Positions 48,355 to 58,126 of a DNA stretch of 64,000 nt are shown in pieces (the first letter of the stretch is position 1; each line of letters begins with the position of its first letter). Origin of the DNA: Nitrospirota bacterium (GTDB lineage: Bacteria > Nitrospinota_A > UBA7883); the NCBI GenBank assembly GCA_024275315.1, contig JAJRZK010000006.1, forward strand, positions 830-64,829. Reading direction: 5' to 3'. A program made the translations under genes and the position numbers. The notes under the pieces are model-generated. The model was not told the origin of the DNA and searched no databases. It saw only the letters and a list, made by a program, of their open reading frames with translations.

Positions 48355-49542
48355 TTATGGCAGGGACTGGTAGTAGTCCATTAGGATTTTCGCCACTTCC
48401 GGACGCGCGAACTCCACCGGCAACGACTCCCCGCGCTTCAACATATCCCGCACCTTCGTACCCGACAGGAGCACGAAATCATCCTTGTCATGATCCGGCG
48501 CGTCCCTCATCATGACCACTTTGTTCAGCTTTTTGGACCACGCCGTATGATCCGCCCGGAATATTTCGATCTGGAGAGCGTCGTCAGGGACGCTGGTGTC
48601 GAAAATGGTTTGCGCGTCGAACGGGCCGTAATAATCCCCCACCCCAGCGTGGTCCCGGCCGATGATAAAATGTGTGCAACCGGCGTTTTGCCGGAACACG
48701 GCATGCAACACGGCCTCACGCGGACCGGCGTACAGCATGTCGAACCCGTACCCGGTGATCAACACGCTGTTCGGAGGGAAATATATCTGCGCCATTTTCC
48801 GGATCGAGGCGTCCCGCACAGGGGCGGGGATGTCACCCGGTTTAAGTTTGCCCAGCAACATATGGATGAGGATACCATCGGCCCCTGCCGCCTCCTGCGC
48901 CATGCGGCACAGCTCCTCGTGAGCCCGATGCATCGGGTTGCGGGTCTGGAACCCGACGACCTTTTGCCAGCCAAGTTCTTTGATTTCGTTTCGTATCTGT
49001 ACCGCCGTGCGGAACGTGTCCGGAAAATCGGAGCTGAAATAGCTGAAGTTAAGCGTCCGCACAGGCCCGGACACCAGGTATCGCCCCTGTGACAAAAACG
49101 CCGCCACACCCGGGTGGTTTTTGTCAGTGGCGCCATACACCATCTCCGTGATCCCGAGCAGTTGATCCTCCCCAACCTCCTCTACAGCCGTCACTTCCTG
49201 CACCGCCAGCACAGGAGCGCCGTCGACGTTGGGATCGCGCAGGGCGATTGTTCTTTCGTTTTTGATGGCCGACACATCGTCGGTCATGTTAAGCACCGGT
49301 GTCGGCCAGAACAGACCATCGGAAGTGCGCATGTTTTCCGCCACGGACTGCGCGTCCGCCAGAGTCATATAGCCTGTCAGAGGGTTGAAATAACCACCCC
49401 CCAACATAACGGCGTTAGCCGCCGTGGCGGAGCTTACGGTTATGGAGACAAGCCCGTTCGCCTCCGCCGCGAGCGCGTCACGCTCCTTGGCGTCATGAAC
49501 AAAAAGGGGAGCGAGTTTTTCAGAGCCGTACGGTTTTATCAT
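48355..49542 (-). CDS. sat: dissimilatory sulfate adenylyltransferase
   Basis: FQTRNPMHRAHE, MLYAGPREAVLHA and IIGRDHAGVGDYY; last gene of the apr-qmo operon. Confidence 0.96.
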   Translation of the reverse strand: MIKPYGSEKLAPLFVHDAKERDALAAEANGLVSITVSSATAANAVMLGGGYFNPLTGYMTLADAQSVAENMRTSDGLFWPTPVLNMTDDVSAIKNERTIALRDPNVDGAPVLAVQEVTAVEEVGEDQLLGITEMVYGATDKNHPGVAAFLSQGRYLVSGPVRTLNFSYFSSDFPDTFRTAVQIRNEIKELGWQKVVGFQTRNPMHRAHEELCRMAQEAAGADGILIHMLLGKLKPGDIPAPVRDASIRKMAQIYFPPNSVLITGYGFDMLYAGPREAVLHAVFRQNAGCTHFIIGRDHAGVGDYYGPFDAQTIFDTSVPDDALQIEIFRADHTAWSKKLNKVVMMRDAPDHDKDDFVLLSGTKVRDMLKRGESLPVEFARPEVAKILMDYYQSLP

Positions 49543-50704
49543 CGATTCGTTCCTTTGCCCTATCAACGGAGTTTGCGTACATCATCGCCACGAAGCGGTA
49601 TATCATGTGGGCGAACTTGCTGAACGGCGCGTAGGCGAGCAGGGTGAAAACCAGCACTAGGTGGACATAGTAGGTCCAGAACGCCACGGCGGCCACATCC
49701 GCCAGACGGAACAGCTCCGACAATATCCCCGTCAGTATGGTCCCGTACAGGATGAATATGAAATGGCTGTCATAATACCCTGTGCCATCTGTTTTTTCGC
49801 CAGATCCGCCATACCTCCTGGCGACGATCAGCGTAACCCCCGTCACCGCCGCCAGAGCGCCCAGATTGCCCAGTATCTTCACCGGATGCAAAAGCAAAAG
49901 CGGGGTGGTGGCCACCTCGGCTATCGCAAGCTTGTTGATCCAGTACATGACCGCCACCAGGGACGTGGTGGCCGTCAGTGCCAGAAAACCGTACATCGTC
50001 ATCAGGTGCGATAAAAACCGGGGCGCGTTGGTTACGCATTTGCCAAGCTTTTCATGTTTCAATATGCCAAGCGCGGTTACAGCCGCCGCCTTTCCCAGGC
50101 CGGAGGAGATCCGCGCCCCTCCGGGCGATCCTTTCGCAATAGCCGTCCAGAACTTTTTTATTCCCAGCATGGCCGACACCGCGGCGAACAGAACCGCCGG
50201 CACGAAAACCATGTCTATCGCGTGCACAGGCGCCATGTTGGAAAACACGATCGGATTCGCCGACATGAACCCGGGTTTGGACGCAAAAAAGATCATGGCC
50301 GTTATCAGTATCGCCGGAACCAGGAACAACACCGGCAGATACGAAGGAGACGACAACATCCTGCCCATCGCCTCCACTCCGGCGTATTTCGAAAAGCTGA
50401 TGTTGCGCACCGCCGCCAAGACATCGGCCGGCTTGGCCCCGCAGGGGCAATGCGCCGTGCAGTCACCGCAACCGTGGCATATCCATATATCCGCGTTGGC
50501 CAGCAGCTTGTCCTTCAGACCCCACTGCGCCCACACCATTTCTTTTCGTGGGAAAGGGACGTTGTCGGGCGATATCTCGCACACCACAGAGCAGTTTCCG
50601 CACTGGAAACATTTTTTCAACGTATGTCCGCCGTTTTCCATGATCCTCCGAACGAACGCCATGTCCGGCTCGATCACATCCGGTGATTCCACTTTGTCCG
50701 TCAT
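49520..50704 (-). CDS. qmoC: quinone-interacting membrane-bound oxidoreductase subunit C
   Basis: Two 4Fe-4S motifs (CFQCGNCSVVC, CHGCGDCTAHCP) followed by multiple TM helices with heme-ligand His (YYVHL, SKFAH). Confidence 0.92.
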   Translation of the reverse strand: MTDKVESPDVIEPDMAFVRRIMENGGHTLKKCFQCGNCSVVCEISPDNVPFPRKEMVWAQWGLKDKLLANADIWICHGCGDCTAHCPCGAKPADVLAAVRNISFSKYAGVEAMGRMLSSPSYLPVLFLVPAILITAMIFFASKPGFMSANPIVFSNMAPVHAIDMVFVPAVLFAAVSAMLGIKKFWTAIAKGSPGGARISSGLGKAAAVTALGILKHEKLGKCVTNAPRFLSHLMTMYGFLALTATTSLVAVMYWINKLAIAEVATTPLLLLHPVKILGNLGALAAVTGVTLIVARRYGGSGEKTDGTGYYDSHFIFILYGTILTGILSELFRLADVAAVAFWTYYVHLVLVFTLLAYAPFSKFAHMIYRFVAMMYANSVDRAKERIDDKTVRL

Positions 50705-50725
50705 GGTGATATCGCCTTTACCATG

Positions 50726-52930
50726 TTAAAAACCTTTGTACGGGTTGGGCTCCAGCGCTTCGAGCCCCTGCATGAAACCGTCGATAATTTCCGGTATCCT
50801 GCGATATTCGTTGATCGCCAGGCTCTCCACCACGACCCTGTCCGATTCGAGCATAAGCCGGTCCAGGGTTTCCTGCACTTTGCTGGCCCGAATTTCCGCC
50901 AGCTCGCTTCCCTTTATGTTGTGACACTGGTAATCGTCCCCGTGTTTGCAACCGATCATGATGATGCCGTCCCACCCGAAAGACAAGGCGTCCGCCACCC
51001 ATTGCAGGTTGATCGACCCCATGCACCGAAGCTGTATGAACCGGACCGAGGAGCTGTATCTGATCCGGTTGATCCCGGCCATGTCCAGCGCGGGCATGGC
51101 GTCGTTTTCACAAATAAACGCAAGGGCCCGCAGTTTGCCGGAGTCTTCATCCGGCATTTCCACCGACTTTATCATCGACCCGATCATGGGTATGGAATAG
51201 TCGGCAAAATTGATGATCTGGACTGGACACGCCCCCATGCACGTGGCGCATCGGCGGCACCTGGTGGGGAAGGGGATGGGGTAGGCTTTCTCGTCTTCGT
51301 TGATGGCGCCGAACGGGCATTCCACCGTGCACCGCTTGCACTGGGTGCACCGATCCAAAGCGAATTGCGGATAGCTTTTGTCTCCCGCCCGGGGGCTTAC
51401 GGCTTCCCCTCTTTCCACCATGGTCACGCACTGGATCGCTTTTAGCGCCGCTCCGGCCGCGTCGTTTCTGGCTGTCGCCGTGTCCTGGGGATGGCGGACG
51501 GCTCCTGCTGTGTATATGCCTGTGCGCCTGGTCTCGTATGGAAAACAGATAAAGTGGGAATCGGGGAATCCATAGCCGAGATCCGGCAACTCCGGTCCCT
51601 GGCGATAGTCAAGTTTCAGTGTAGGGGCTTTGCCGACCTGCTCCCTGTCCCAGTCCTGCATCTGGTCGACAGGTTTGTCTATAGTTACAGATTCATCGAA
51701 AGTGGCCGGGACCATTCCGGTGGCCAACACTACGACATCCGCCTTTATCACCACCTGCCGGCCAAGCAGGCTATCTTCCACGCAAACCTCCAGCTCATCG
51801 CCAGAAAGTCGCACTCCGGTAACCTCGCCCTTGGTAAGGAAAATCCCCGGGTCCTCTTGGACGTTCTTGTAAAACAGCTCCGTCTTTCCCGTTGTGCGGA
51901 TATCCTTGTATATGATCGTAGCCGTCGCGTCCTGGTCCATTTCCCGCACATAGGCGGCCTGTTTAAGCGACGTGGCGCAACAGACGGATGAGCAGTAGGG
52001 GAGATGGTTTTCGTCCCGGGACCCGGCGCACTGGACGAACACGATCCGTTGCGCCGGCGTGACGTTGTCATGTAGCGCCAGCTTTCCCGACGCCGCCATT
52101 TTTTCAAACTCCACCGAGCTTATCACGTTGGGTAGTCCGGCTCCGAGATGGGATAGCTTGCCGACATCATATGGCTTGAACCCGGTGGCGAGAACGATTG
52201 CGCCCACCCGAAGCTTGGAGCCGGTTCCGTTGCGCAGGGTCACGTCGAACATGCCGGGACCGCCGGAGACAGATTCTATAGTGGTGTTCAGGTGGACGGT
52301 AATATCCGGATCGTCCTTGACGGCTTTTACATGTTCCGCGATATCGCTCGGCTCCGGGGTTTTGTGGGGAGCCTTTTGCGGGAATATCCGGGGCAGGTTG
52401 TTCACGAACCCTCCCAGCCTGTTTTCCTTTTCCACCAGGACCACCTTGTGCCCGGCCATGGCCGCGTTTTTGGCCGCGGAAAGCCCGGCGATCCCGCCGC
52501 CGACCACCATGATGTCGCTACTGGTCGATTCTATCTTGTATGGCTCCGGCAGGCTTATTTCCCCGATTTTCGCAAGGCCCATGCGTATATAGTCCTCCGC
52601 CAGTTCCTGTGTCTCCCCGTCCCCGGGTTCATGGCTCCAGGCCACCCGCTCGCGCAGGTCGATCCGGTCTACCATTACATCCCCGCCGAAATCGAAAATG
52701 TCGTAATTGACACGAGCGGAGCACGCGGCTATCGAAACGGTGTTAACACCTTCTTCGGATATGTCCTTTTTGACGAGGTCAGCGCCATCAGGCCCGCACA
52801 GGAACGGGTGGGTTTTTACAATGGGGGAGTTTGGCGCTGACGCGGCGACCTTTTCGAGCGACGCGACATCCACGCATTCCCCGATAGAGCAACCAGAGCA
52901 TATATAGACGCCGGTTTTTTTATCACTCAT
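50726..52930 (-). CDS. qmoB: QmoB (HdrA-like flavoprotein with ferredoxin and MvhD-like domains)
   Basis: VVGGGIAG, QCAGSRDENHLPYCS, CTQCKRCTVECPFG, CRRCATCMGACP and CENDA. Confidence 0.94.
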   Translation of the reverse strand: MSDKKTGVYICSGCSIGECVDVASLEKVAASAPNSPIVKTHPFLCGPDGADLVKKDISEEGVNTVSIAACSARVNYDIFDFGGDVMVDRIDLRERVAWSHEPGDGETQELAEDYIRMGLAKIGEISLPEPYKIESTSSDIMVVGGGIAGLSAAKNAAMAGHKVVLVEKENRLGGFVNNLPRIFPQKAPHKTPEPSDIAEHVKAVKDDPDITVHLNTTIESVSGGPGMFDVTLRNGTGSKLRVGAIVLATGFKPYDVGKLSHLGAGLPNVISSVEFEKMAASGKLALHDNVTPAQRIVFVQCAGSRDENHLPYCSSVCCATSLKQAAYVREMDQDATATIIYKDIRTTGKTELFYKNVQEDPGIFLTKGEVTGVRLSGDELEVCVEDSLLGRQVVIKADVVVLATGMVPATFDESVTIDKPVDQMQDWDREQVGKAPTLKLDYRQGPELPDLGYGFPDSHFICFPYETRRTGIYTAGAVRHPQDTATARNDAAGAALKAIQCVTMVERGEAVSPRAGDKSYPQFALDRCTQCKRCTVECPFGAINEDEKAYPIPFPTRCRRCATCMGACPVQIINFADYSIPMIGSMIKSVEMPDEDSGKLRALAFICENDAMPALDMAGINRIRYSSSVRFIQLRCMGSINLQWVADALSFGWDGIIMIGCKHGDDYQCHNIKGSELAEIRASKVQETLDRLMLESDRVVVESLAINEYRRIPEIIDGFMQGLEALEPNPYKGF

Positions 52931-52935
52931 GGTTT

Positions 52936-54183
52936 TCACCTCGTAGCCGCCGCCTGAATGGCCTTGAGCGCCGCGCCGGTGGCGCTTTGGATGGAGGTGG
53001 TAACGTCAAACGGGCCAGCGGCCACACCGGCCGGTATGACACCGGGTGCGGACTGATTGTTTTGCGCGATGAAACCTTCGCCGTCGACGCTGGCCATGGG
53101 AACATCGCACGATTTCGCCGTCGGCTCCATGCCGGTCGCCAGCACCACCAGGTCGCACGACACCCGCATCTTGCCACCGCCCAGAATATCCTCCGCGGTC
53201 ACTATGGCCGCTCCGCCTTCGCCCGGGTCTATCCTGCCGACTTTACCTTTTACCAGGTGGATATTGGGGTCCGCTTTTACTTTATTGTAAAAGGACTCGT
53301 ATTTGCCTGGAGCCCGAAGGTCTATGTAGAATATGTACACCTCGCTGTCCGGATACTGGTCGCGCACATACCTGGCCTGTTTGAGAGAGGCCAGGCAGCA
53401 TATCGACGAGCAGTAGGGCAGGTGGTTCTCGTCTCTCGACCCTGCGCATTGGACGAACGCCACTGTACGCACCGGTTCGCCGTTGTCACGGCGCGTGATT
53501 CCGCCGGAGGTGGGACCGTTCACCGCCGCCAACCGTTCCATCTCCACGTTGCTTATAACGTTGTCTATTTTCCCATAGCCAAGGTTGGCTATCTTCGACG
53601 CGTCATAAGGTTTCCAGCCGGTGGCGTAGACCACCGACCCTGCTTCAACCGTCGTTTCCGAATCTTCCATGTCCAGCTCTATCGCGTCGTATTTGCACAC
53701 TTTCACGCATTCCCCGCACGATGACCCCTCGCACACGTCCATGTCTATGACATGTCTTGCGGGCATGGCCATCTGGTGTGGCAGATATATCGCCCCGGTC
53801 TGGCTCATTCCGTAGTTGAACCGGTCGGGACGGGAGACGGGGCACACCTTGACGCAATCGTCGCAGGCGACGCACTTCTGGTTTACGTACCGCGGGTCGG
53901 TTTTGATCACAGCCACAAAATCACCCGGTTTCCCGCTGATGGACACAACCTGCGACGATGTGAAAAACCTTATGTTGGGATTGGCCCGGATACGGCGGAA
54001 ATTGATCTCCAGGCCGCAGTAGGGAGGGCATAGCTTCGGGAAATATTTGTTCATCCGCGCCACACGCCCGCCCAGCCACGGTTCTCGCTCCACCAGATAA
54101 ACCTGTCTGCCGCATTCGGCGGCTTCGATGGCGGCGGTCATGCCGCCGATGCCGCCGCCGATTACAAGGATTGAATCGTTCAT
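52936..54183 (-). CDS. qmoA: QmoA (HdrA-like flavoprotein)
   Basis: ILVIGGGIGG, KYFPKLCPPYCGLEIN and QCAGSRDENHLPYCSSICC. Confidence 0.94.
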   Translation of the reverse strand: MNDSILVIGGGIGGMTAAIEAAECGRQVYLVEREPWLGGRVARMNKYFPKLCPPYCGLEINFRRIRANPNIRFFTSSQVVSISGKPGDFVAVIKTDPRYVNQKCVACDDCVKVCPVSRPDRFNYGMSQTGAIYLPHQMAMPARHVIDMDVCEGSSCGECVKVCKYDAIELDMEDSETTVEAGSVVYATGWKPYDASKIANLGYGKIDNVISNVEMERLAAVNGPTSGGITRRDNGEPVRTVAFVQCAGSRDENHLPYCSSICCLASLKQARYVRDQYPDSEVYIFYIDLRAPGKYESFYNKVKADPNIHLVKGKVGRIDPGEGGAAIVTAEDILGGGKMRVSCDLVVLATGMEPTAKSCDVPMASVDGEGFIAQNNQSAPGVIPAGVAAGPFDVTTSIQSATGAALKAIQAAATR

Positions 54184-54224
54184 TCCCGATTTCCTTACCA
54201 CTCCTGGCTTCTGCACAGGCCCGG

Positions 54225-56150
54225 CTAAACGTTTTTCGGGACGATATCCTTGTGGGGAATCTTTTTCATCTCCCAATCATCGGTCTTCGGGTTATATTTG
54301 GAATTGACGAAACATTTCCAGTTTTCCTCGTCCAGATGGGGATGGTCGGACCTGTAATAAAAACCCGGATAACGGGTTTCCTTGCGGAAATAGACATGGC
54401 GCAGGTGTATCTCCGCCATCCATATGCGGTGATAGTTTTCCCATGCCCGAAGAAGCTCGTGCAGGTCCTTGGCCGCCATTTTTTCCGCGTCTTCTTTTAG
54501 CATCGTAAGCAGGTGCAACCCCTGGTCCATCATTTTCTCCGAAGTGACGTACCAGGTGGACGTGCCGGCGACATACTCGTCCATAAGCTTGTTGAGCCGG
54601 AACATCATCATCTTCGGACGGATGTAGTTCGGGTTGATCATCGGGTCTGTGGAATAATCCTTGTGGTCGAGGTAATTCTTGAAAGGCTTGTATATCTCCG
54701 CCCCGAGCTCTTCTGCGGACAGGTGCAGTGACGGCGAGAAATCCTGGTTGTCCCGCAGGAATTTCACCATCGATTTCGCCGCGATGCGCCCCTCGGTAAA
54801 GGAGCCGGAGGAGAACTTGTGGCCCGACGCCCCAACCCCGTCTCCTGCGGTGAACAGTCCCTTGACTGTGGTCATCCTGTTGTAACCCCATTGCCACTCG
54901 TCCGGGGCGATGTCTTCCGGGCCCGACACCCAGGCCCCGCACGCCCCGGCGTGGGAACCGAGGAAATAGGGTTCCGTGGGCAACAGCTCCGACGCGGTCT
55001 CTTCCGGGCGGATGTTCATTCCGGCCCACATGTTCGCCTGGCCGATGGTCATGTCCAGGAAATCCTCCCACGCTTCGGCTTCGAGCTGTTTTTTCTCTTT
55101 CGGGGTTTTGCCTTCGAACAGCTTTGCCATGGCGGTGGGTGTGTCCATCAATATGGGGCCCTTGCCCTCCTTGAGCTCTTTTAGCATCTGGTGGTTGCGG
55201 AGGCAGGTGGCCGGCACATGAGCGAGCCCGTATGGCGGATACTCCTCCAGTTGCGCCTTGTTTTTGGCGGCGTAATCCACGCCTTCAGCGTTCACGGCCT
55301 TGGATTTGAACAGCAGGAACCAGGCTCCGACAGGTCCGTATCCGTCCTTGAACCTCGCCGGCACGAACCGGTTTTCCATGGTGGTCATCTCCGCCCCCAC
55401 CTGGGACATCATGGAGTAGGTGCTACCGGCGTTCCATACGGCGTACCAGGTGCGGCCCATCCCCTCGCCGGTGGATCGTGGCCTGAAGATGTTCACGGCG
55501 CCACCGGCCACGCAGAGGACCACCTTTGCGCGGAACACGTAAATCTTGTTTTCCCGGACGGAGAACCCGACCGCTCCGGCGATGCGGTTTTCGTTTTTCT
55601 CATCGAGCAACAGCTTGACGATAAAACAACGCTCTATTATGTTGTCCACGCCAAGGGCGTTCTTGGCGGCTTCGGCTACGATGGTCTTGTACGACTCGCC
55701 GTTTATCATGATCTGCCATTTGCCGGATCGAACCGGCTTGCCCCCTTCACGAAGCGATTTGCCCTCGTCGCCGGGCTGTTTCCAGATAGGCAGGCCCCAT
55801 TCCTCGAAATGCTTCACAGAGTCGTCCACGTGCCGGCCCACGTCGAACACCAGGTCGTCGCGGGTGATGCCCATTAGGTCGTTTGCGACCATGCGCACAT
55901 AGTCCTCCGGAGTGTTGTCGCCCAGGTACGTGTTTATCGCAGAAAGGCCCTGGGCCACGGCTCCGGACCGGTCCAGCGCGGCCTTGTCCACCAGCGTGAC
56001 CTTGTACTTGTCCCCGGCCCATCGGCCCACCTCGAACGCCGCGCCGCACGCGGCCATTCCGCCGCCTATGATGAGGATGTCTGTTTCATGCTCTTCAATT
56101 ACCGGATTGTTCGCAAAGTCAGCGTGAAAATTATCGCTCGGTGTAACCAT
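54225..56150 (-). CDS. aprA: adenylylsulfate reductase alpha subunit
   Basis: RSGAVAQGLSAINTY, WQIMINGESYK, RFKDGYGPVGAWFL and GHKFSSGS. Confidence 0.98.
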   Translation of the reverse strand: MVTPSDNFHADFANNPVIEEHETDILIIGGGMAACGAAFEVGRWAGDKYKVTLVDKAALDRSGAVAQGLSAINTYLGDNTPEDYVRMVANDLMGITRDDLVFDVGRHVDDSVKHFEEWGLPIWKQPGDEGKSLREGGKPVRSGKWQIMINGESYKTIVAEAAKNALGVDNIIERCFIVKLLLDEKNENRIAGAVGFSVRENKIYVFRAKVVLCVAGGAVNIFRPRSTGEGMGRTWYAVWNAGSTYSMMSQVGAEMTTMENRFVPARFKDGYGPVGAWFLLFKSKAVNAEGVDYAAKNKAQLEEYPPYGLAHVPATCLRNHQMLKELKEGKGPILMDTPTAMAKLFEGKTPKEKKQLEAEAWEDFLDMTIGQANMWAGMNIRPEETASELLPTEPYFLGSHAGACGAWVSGPEDIAPDEWQWGYNRMTTVKGLFTAGDGVGASGHKFSSGSFTEGRIAAKSMVKFLRDNQDFSPSLHLSAEELGAEIYKPFKNYLDHKDYSTDPMINPNYIRPKMMMFRLNKLMDEYVAGTSTWYVTSEKMMDQGLHLLTMLKEDAEKMAAKDLHELLRAWENYHRIWMAEIHLRHVYFRKETRYPGFYYRSDHPHLDEENWKCFVNSKYNPKTDDWEMKKIPHKDIVPKNV

Positions 56151-56172
56151 TTTGCATGGCTCCTTTCCTGTT

Positions 56173-56604
56173 TTATGAAATTGTTGGAAGCTTCTGACCC
56201 AGCTCGGTGAAAAAGTTCGGGCTGTCCATATCTGCGTCGGTCGGCTCTGGTTCGCCTTTGTAAATTTTGATGGATCCTTCAGGAACTGTCCTGGTGGGGA
56301 ACTTGAAACGTTTCAGCTTTCCATCCCGGAACTTTATGGTCCACATGATGGAATCAGAAGAGCGCATCGGGATCGACGTGCCGCCTAGGGGAACGAAATC
56401 GGCGTATGGTCTCGCCTCGATGGCCTGCTGGGGGCATATTTTCACGCATGAGTAACATTCCCAGCATTGTTCCGGTTCCTGGTTCATGGCTTTCATCCGG
56501 TCCTTGTCCAGGTACATCAGGTCGTTCGGGCAGATATACATGCAGGCTGTCTTGTCCTGCCCTTTGCATCCGTCGCATTTTTCCTGTATTACGAATGTTG
56601 GCAT
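56173..56604 (-). CDS. aprB: adenylylsulfate reductase beta subunit
   Basis: MPTFV...CDGCKG...CMYICP and CWECYSCVKICPQ. Confidence 0.98.
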   Translation of the reverse strand: MPTFVIQEKCDGCKGQDKTACMYICPNDLMYLDKDRMKAMNQEPEQCWECYSCVKICPQQAIEARPYADFVPLGGTSIPMRSSDSIMWTIKFRDGKLKRFKFPTRTVPEGSIKIYKGEPEPTDADMDSPNFFTELGQKLPTIS

Positions 56605-56819
56605 CGGTCTGTCTCCATATATTTAAAAAAGTTGAAGTTTCACCTTAAACGGCAGGAATGGGCCAATGTCGGCGGCCGGGTTTGTGATTGCCATAATGTC
56701 GCTTTATGCCCCAGTTTCAAGCGTGTCTGTCTATAATATAAGACCTTGAAAAAGATTATGCCTCTCTTTCGGGAGAAAATATAATAGATAGTTGTGATAG
56801 GTAGGATAGATAAAAGTAT

Positions 56820-57740
56820 ATGCTTGACCAGGTTACGATTCACCAGTTAGAGCTGTTCCTGGTGGCCGCCAAACTGGGTAATTTTTCCCGCGCAGCAGAG
56901 CGGATGACGATAAGCCAGCCCGCTTTTTCCGCCCAGATAATCAAACTCGAAAAAATCCTCGGCGCCCCTCTTTTTGAAAGGGTGGGCAGGAGGATCGAGT
57001 TGACCGAGGCGGGCAGGGTGTTCCAGGGTTATTCCGAATCCATCATCTCATCGCTCAGGGAGGGCAAACAGGCGGTGGACGACATGAGAGAACACGTGGT
57101 CGGGACGCTAAGGATAGGCGCGTCGACCACCATAGCCAATTATATAATGCCGGATTACCTTCGCGCATACAGAAAATCATACCCCGCCTGCAGGGTGCAT
57201 ATGATGGTCAGCAACACCGACCAGGTGGAACAGGCGCTGTTGCGAAGCGAGATTGACATGGGGCTGGTGGAGGGGCCTGTCGCCCATTCCCGCCAGATAT
57301 CCACCTATCTGTTCCGGCGGGACGAGCTGGTGGTGGTGTTTTCAGGCGCCCACCATTGGAAAAAACGGAGGAAGATAAGCATCAGCGATCTGCAAAACGA
57401 GCCGTTGATCATACGGGAGAGGGGATCGGGAACCCGCAATGTGTTCATGGAAATAATGTCCGAAGCCAATACGCCCCTGAACATAGCCATGGAGCTTGGA
57501 AACACCGAGGCCATCAAGCGGTCCGTGGAGACCGGCGTCGGCGTGTCTGTCATAAGCAAGTCCGCCGTTGAACGCGAGCTGAAGGAAAAAACGCTGTTCA
57601 TGGCGCGCATAGACGGCTATCCCATAGAGCGGATACTCTCTCTGATCATAGTGAAAAACAAGCATATCTCCAATCCGCTGAAGGCTTTTATAAACCTGAT
57701 TGACCCTATGGACGACAGCGTGATCGCCGGCCTGTCGTAA
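56820..57740 (+). CDS. LysR-family regulator (CysL/YeiE-like), divergent from aprBA
   Basis: HTH FSRAAE...SQPAFS...LE..LG.PLFER; substrate domain IGASTTIANY, GLVEGP, RERGSGTR and ELGNTEAIK. Confidence 0.92.
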   Translation: MLDQVTIHQLELFLVAAKLGNFSRAAERMTISQPAFSAQIIKLEKILGAPLFERVGRRIELTEAGRVFQGYSESIISSLREGKQAVDDMREHVVGTLRIGASTTIANYIMPDYLRAYRKSYPACRVHMMVSNTDQVEQALLRSEIDMGLVEGPVAHSRQISTYLFRRDELVVVFSGAHHWKKRRKISISDLQNEPLIIRERGSGTRNVFMEIMSEANTPLNIAMELGNTEAIKRSVETGVGVSVISKSAVERELKEKTLFMARIDGYPIERILSLIIVKNKHISNPLKAFINLIDPMDDSVIAGLS

Positions 57741-57961
57741 CCTGTGGTATGGATTATCCCTGGGAAATTGGGGTACAATAACGTCAGCTACCCCGATTGA
57801 TCCGTATGCGGTGAAAATGGCTCGATCGCTCCGCCACGTGTCCCCGGGAATCATTACCATGAGGGTGGCGGTGAATGTATGGTTTCGACCCGCAGGTCGC
57901 AGGGAGTAAACCGGCTCAATCTGGATAGCCGGATATTTATTTTATTTTCAGGAGAGTGTTC

Positions 57962-58057
57962 ATGGAATACGTATCCATCGCCATCGGTATCACGGGGTTT
58001 ATTGTCTGCGTCTTCTTCCTGATAAAAAACTACAGCGCAAGATTCCCCAAACAGTAA
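57962..58057 (+). CDS. unannotated 31-aa single-TM peptide
   Basis: MEYVSIAIGITGFIVCVFFLIKNYSARFPKQ* with SD AGGAG upstream. Confidence 0.55.
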   Translation: MEYVSIAIGITGFIVCVFFLIKNYSARFPKQ

Positions 58058-58126
58058 TATCGGCCGCAGTGGAACTGAGGGCAAAAAGGCTGGCCGCGCC
58101 GGGTGGCGCCAAGGCCAGGGTTCCGC

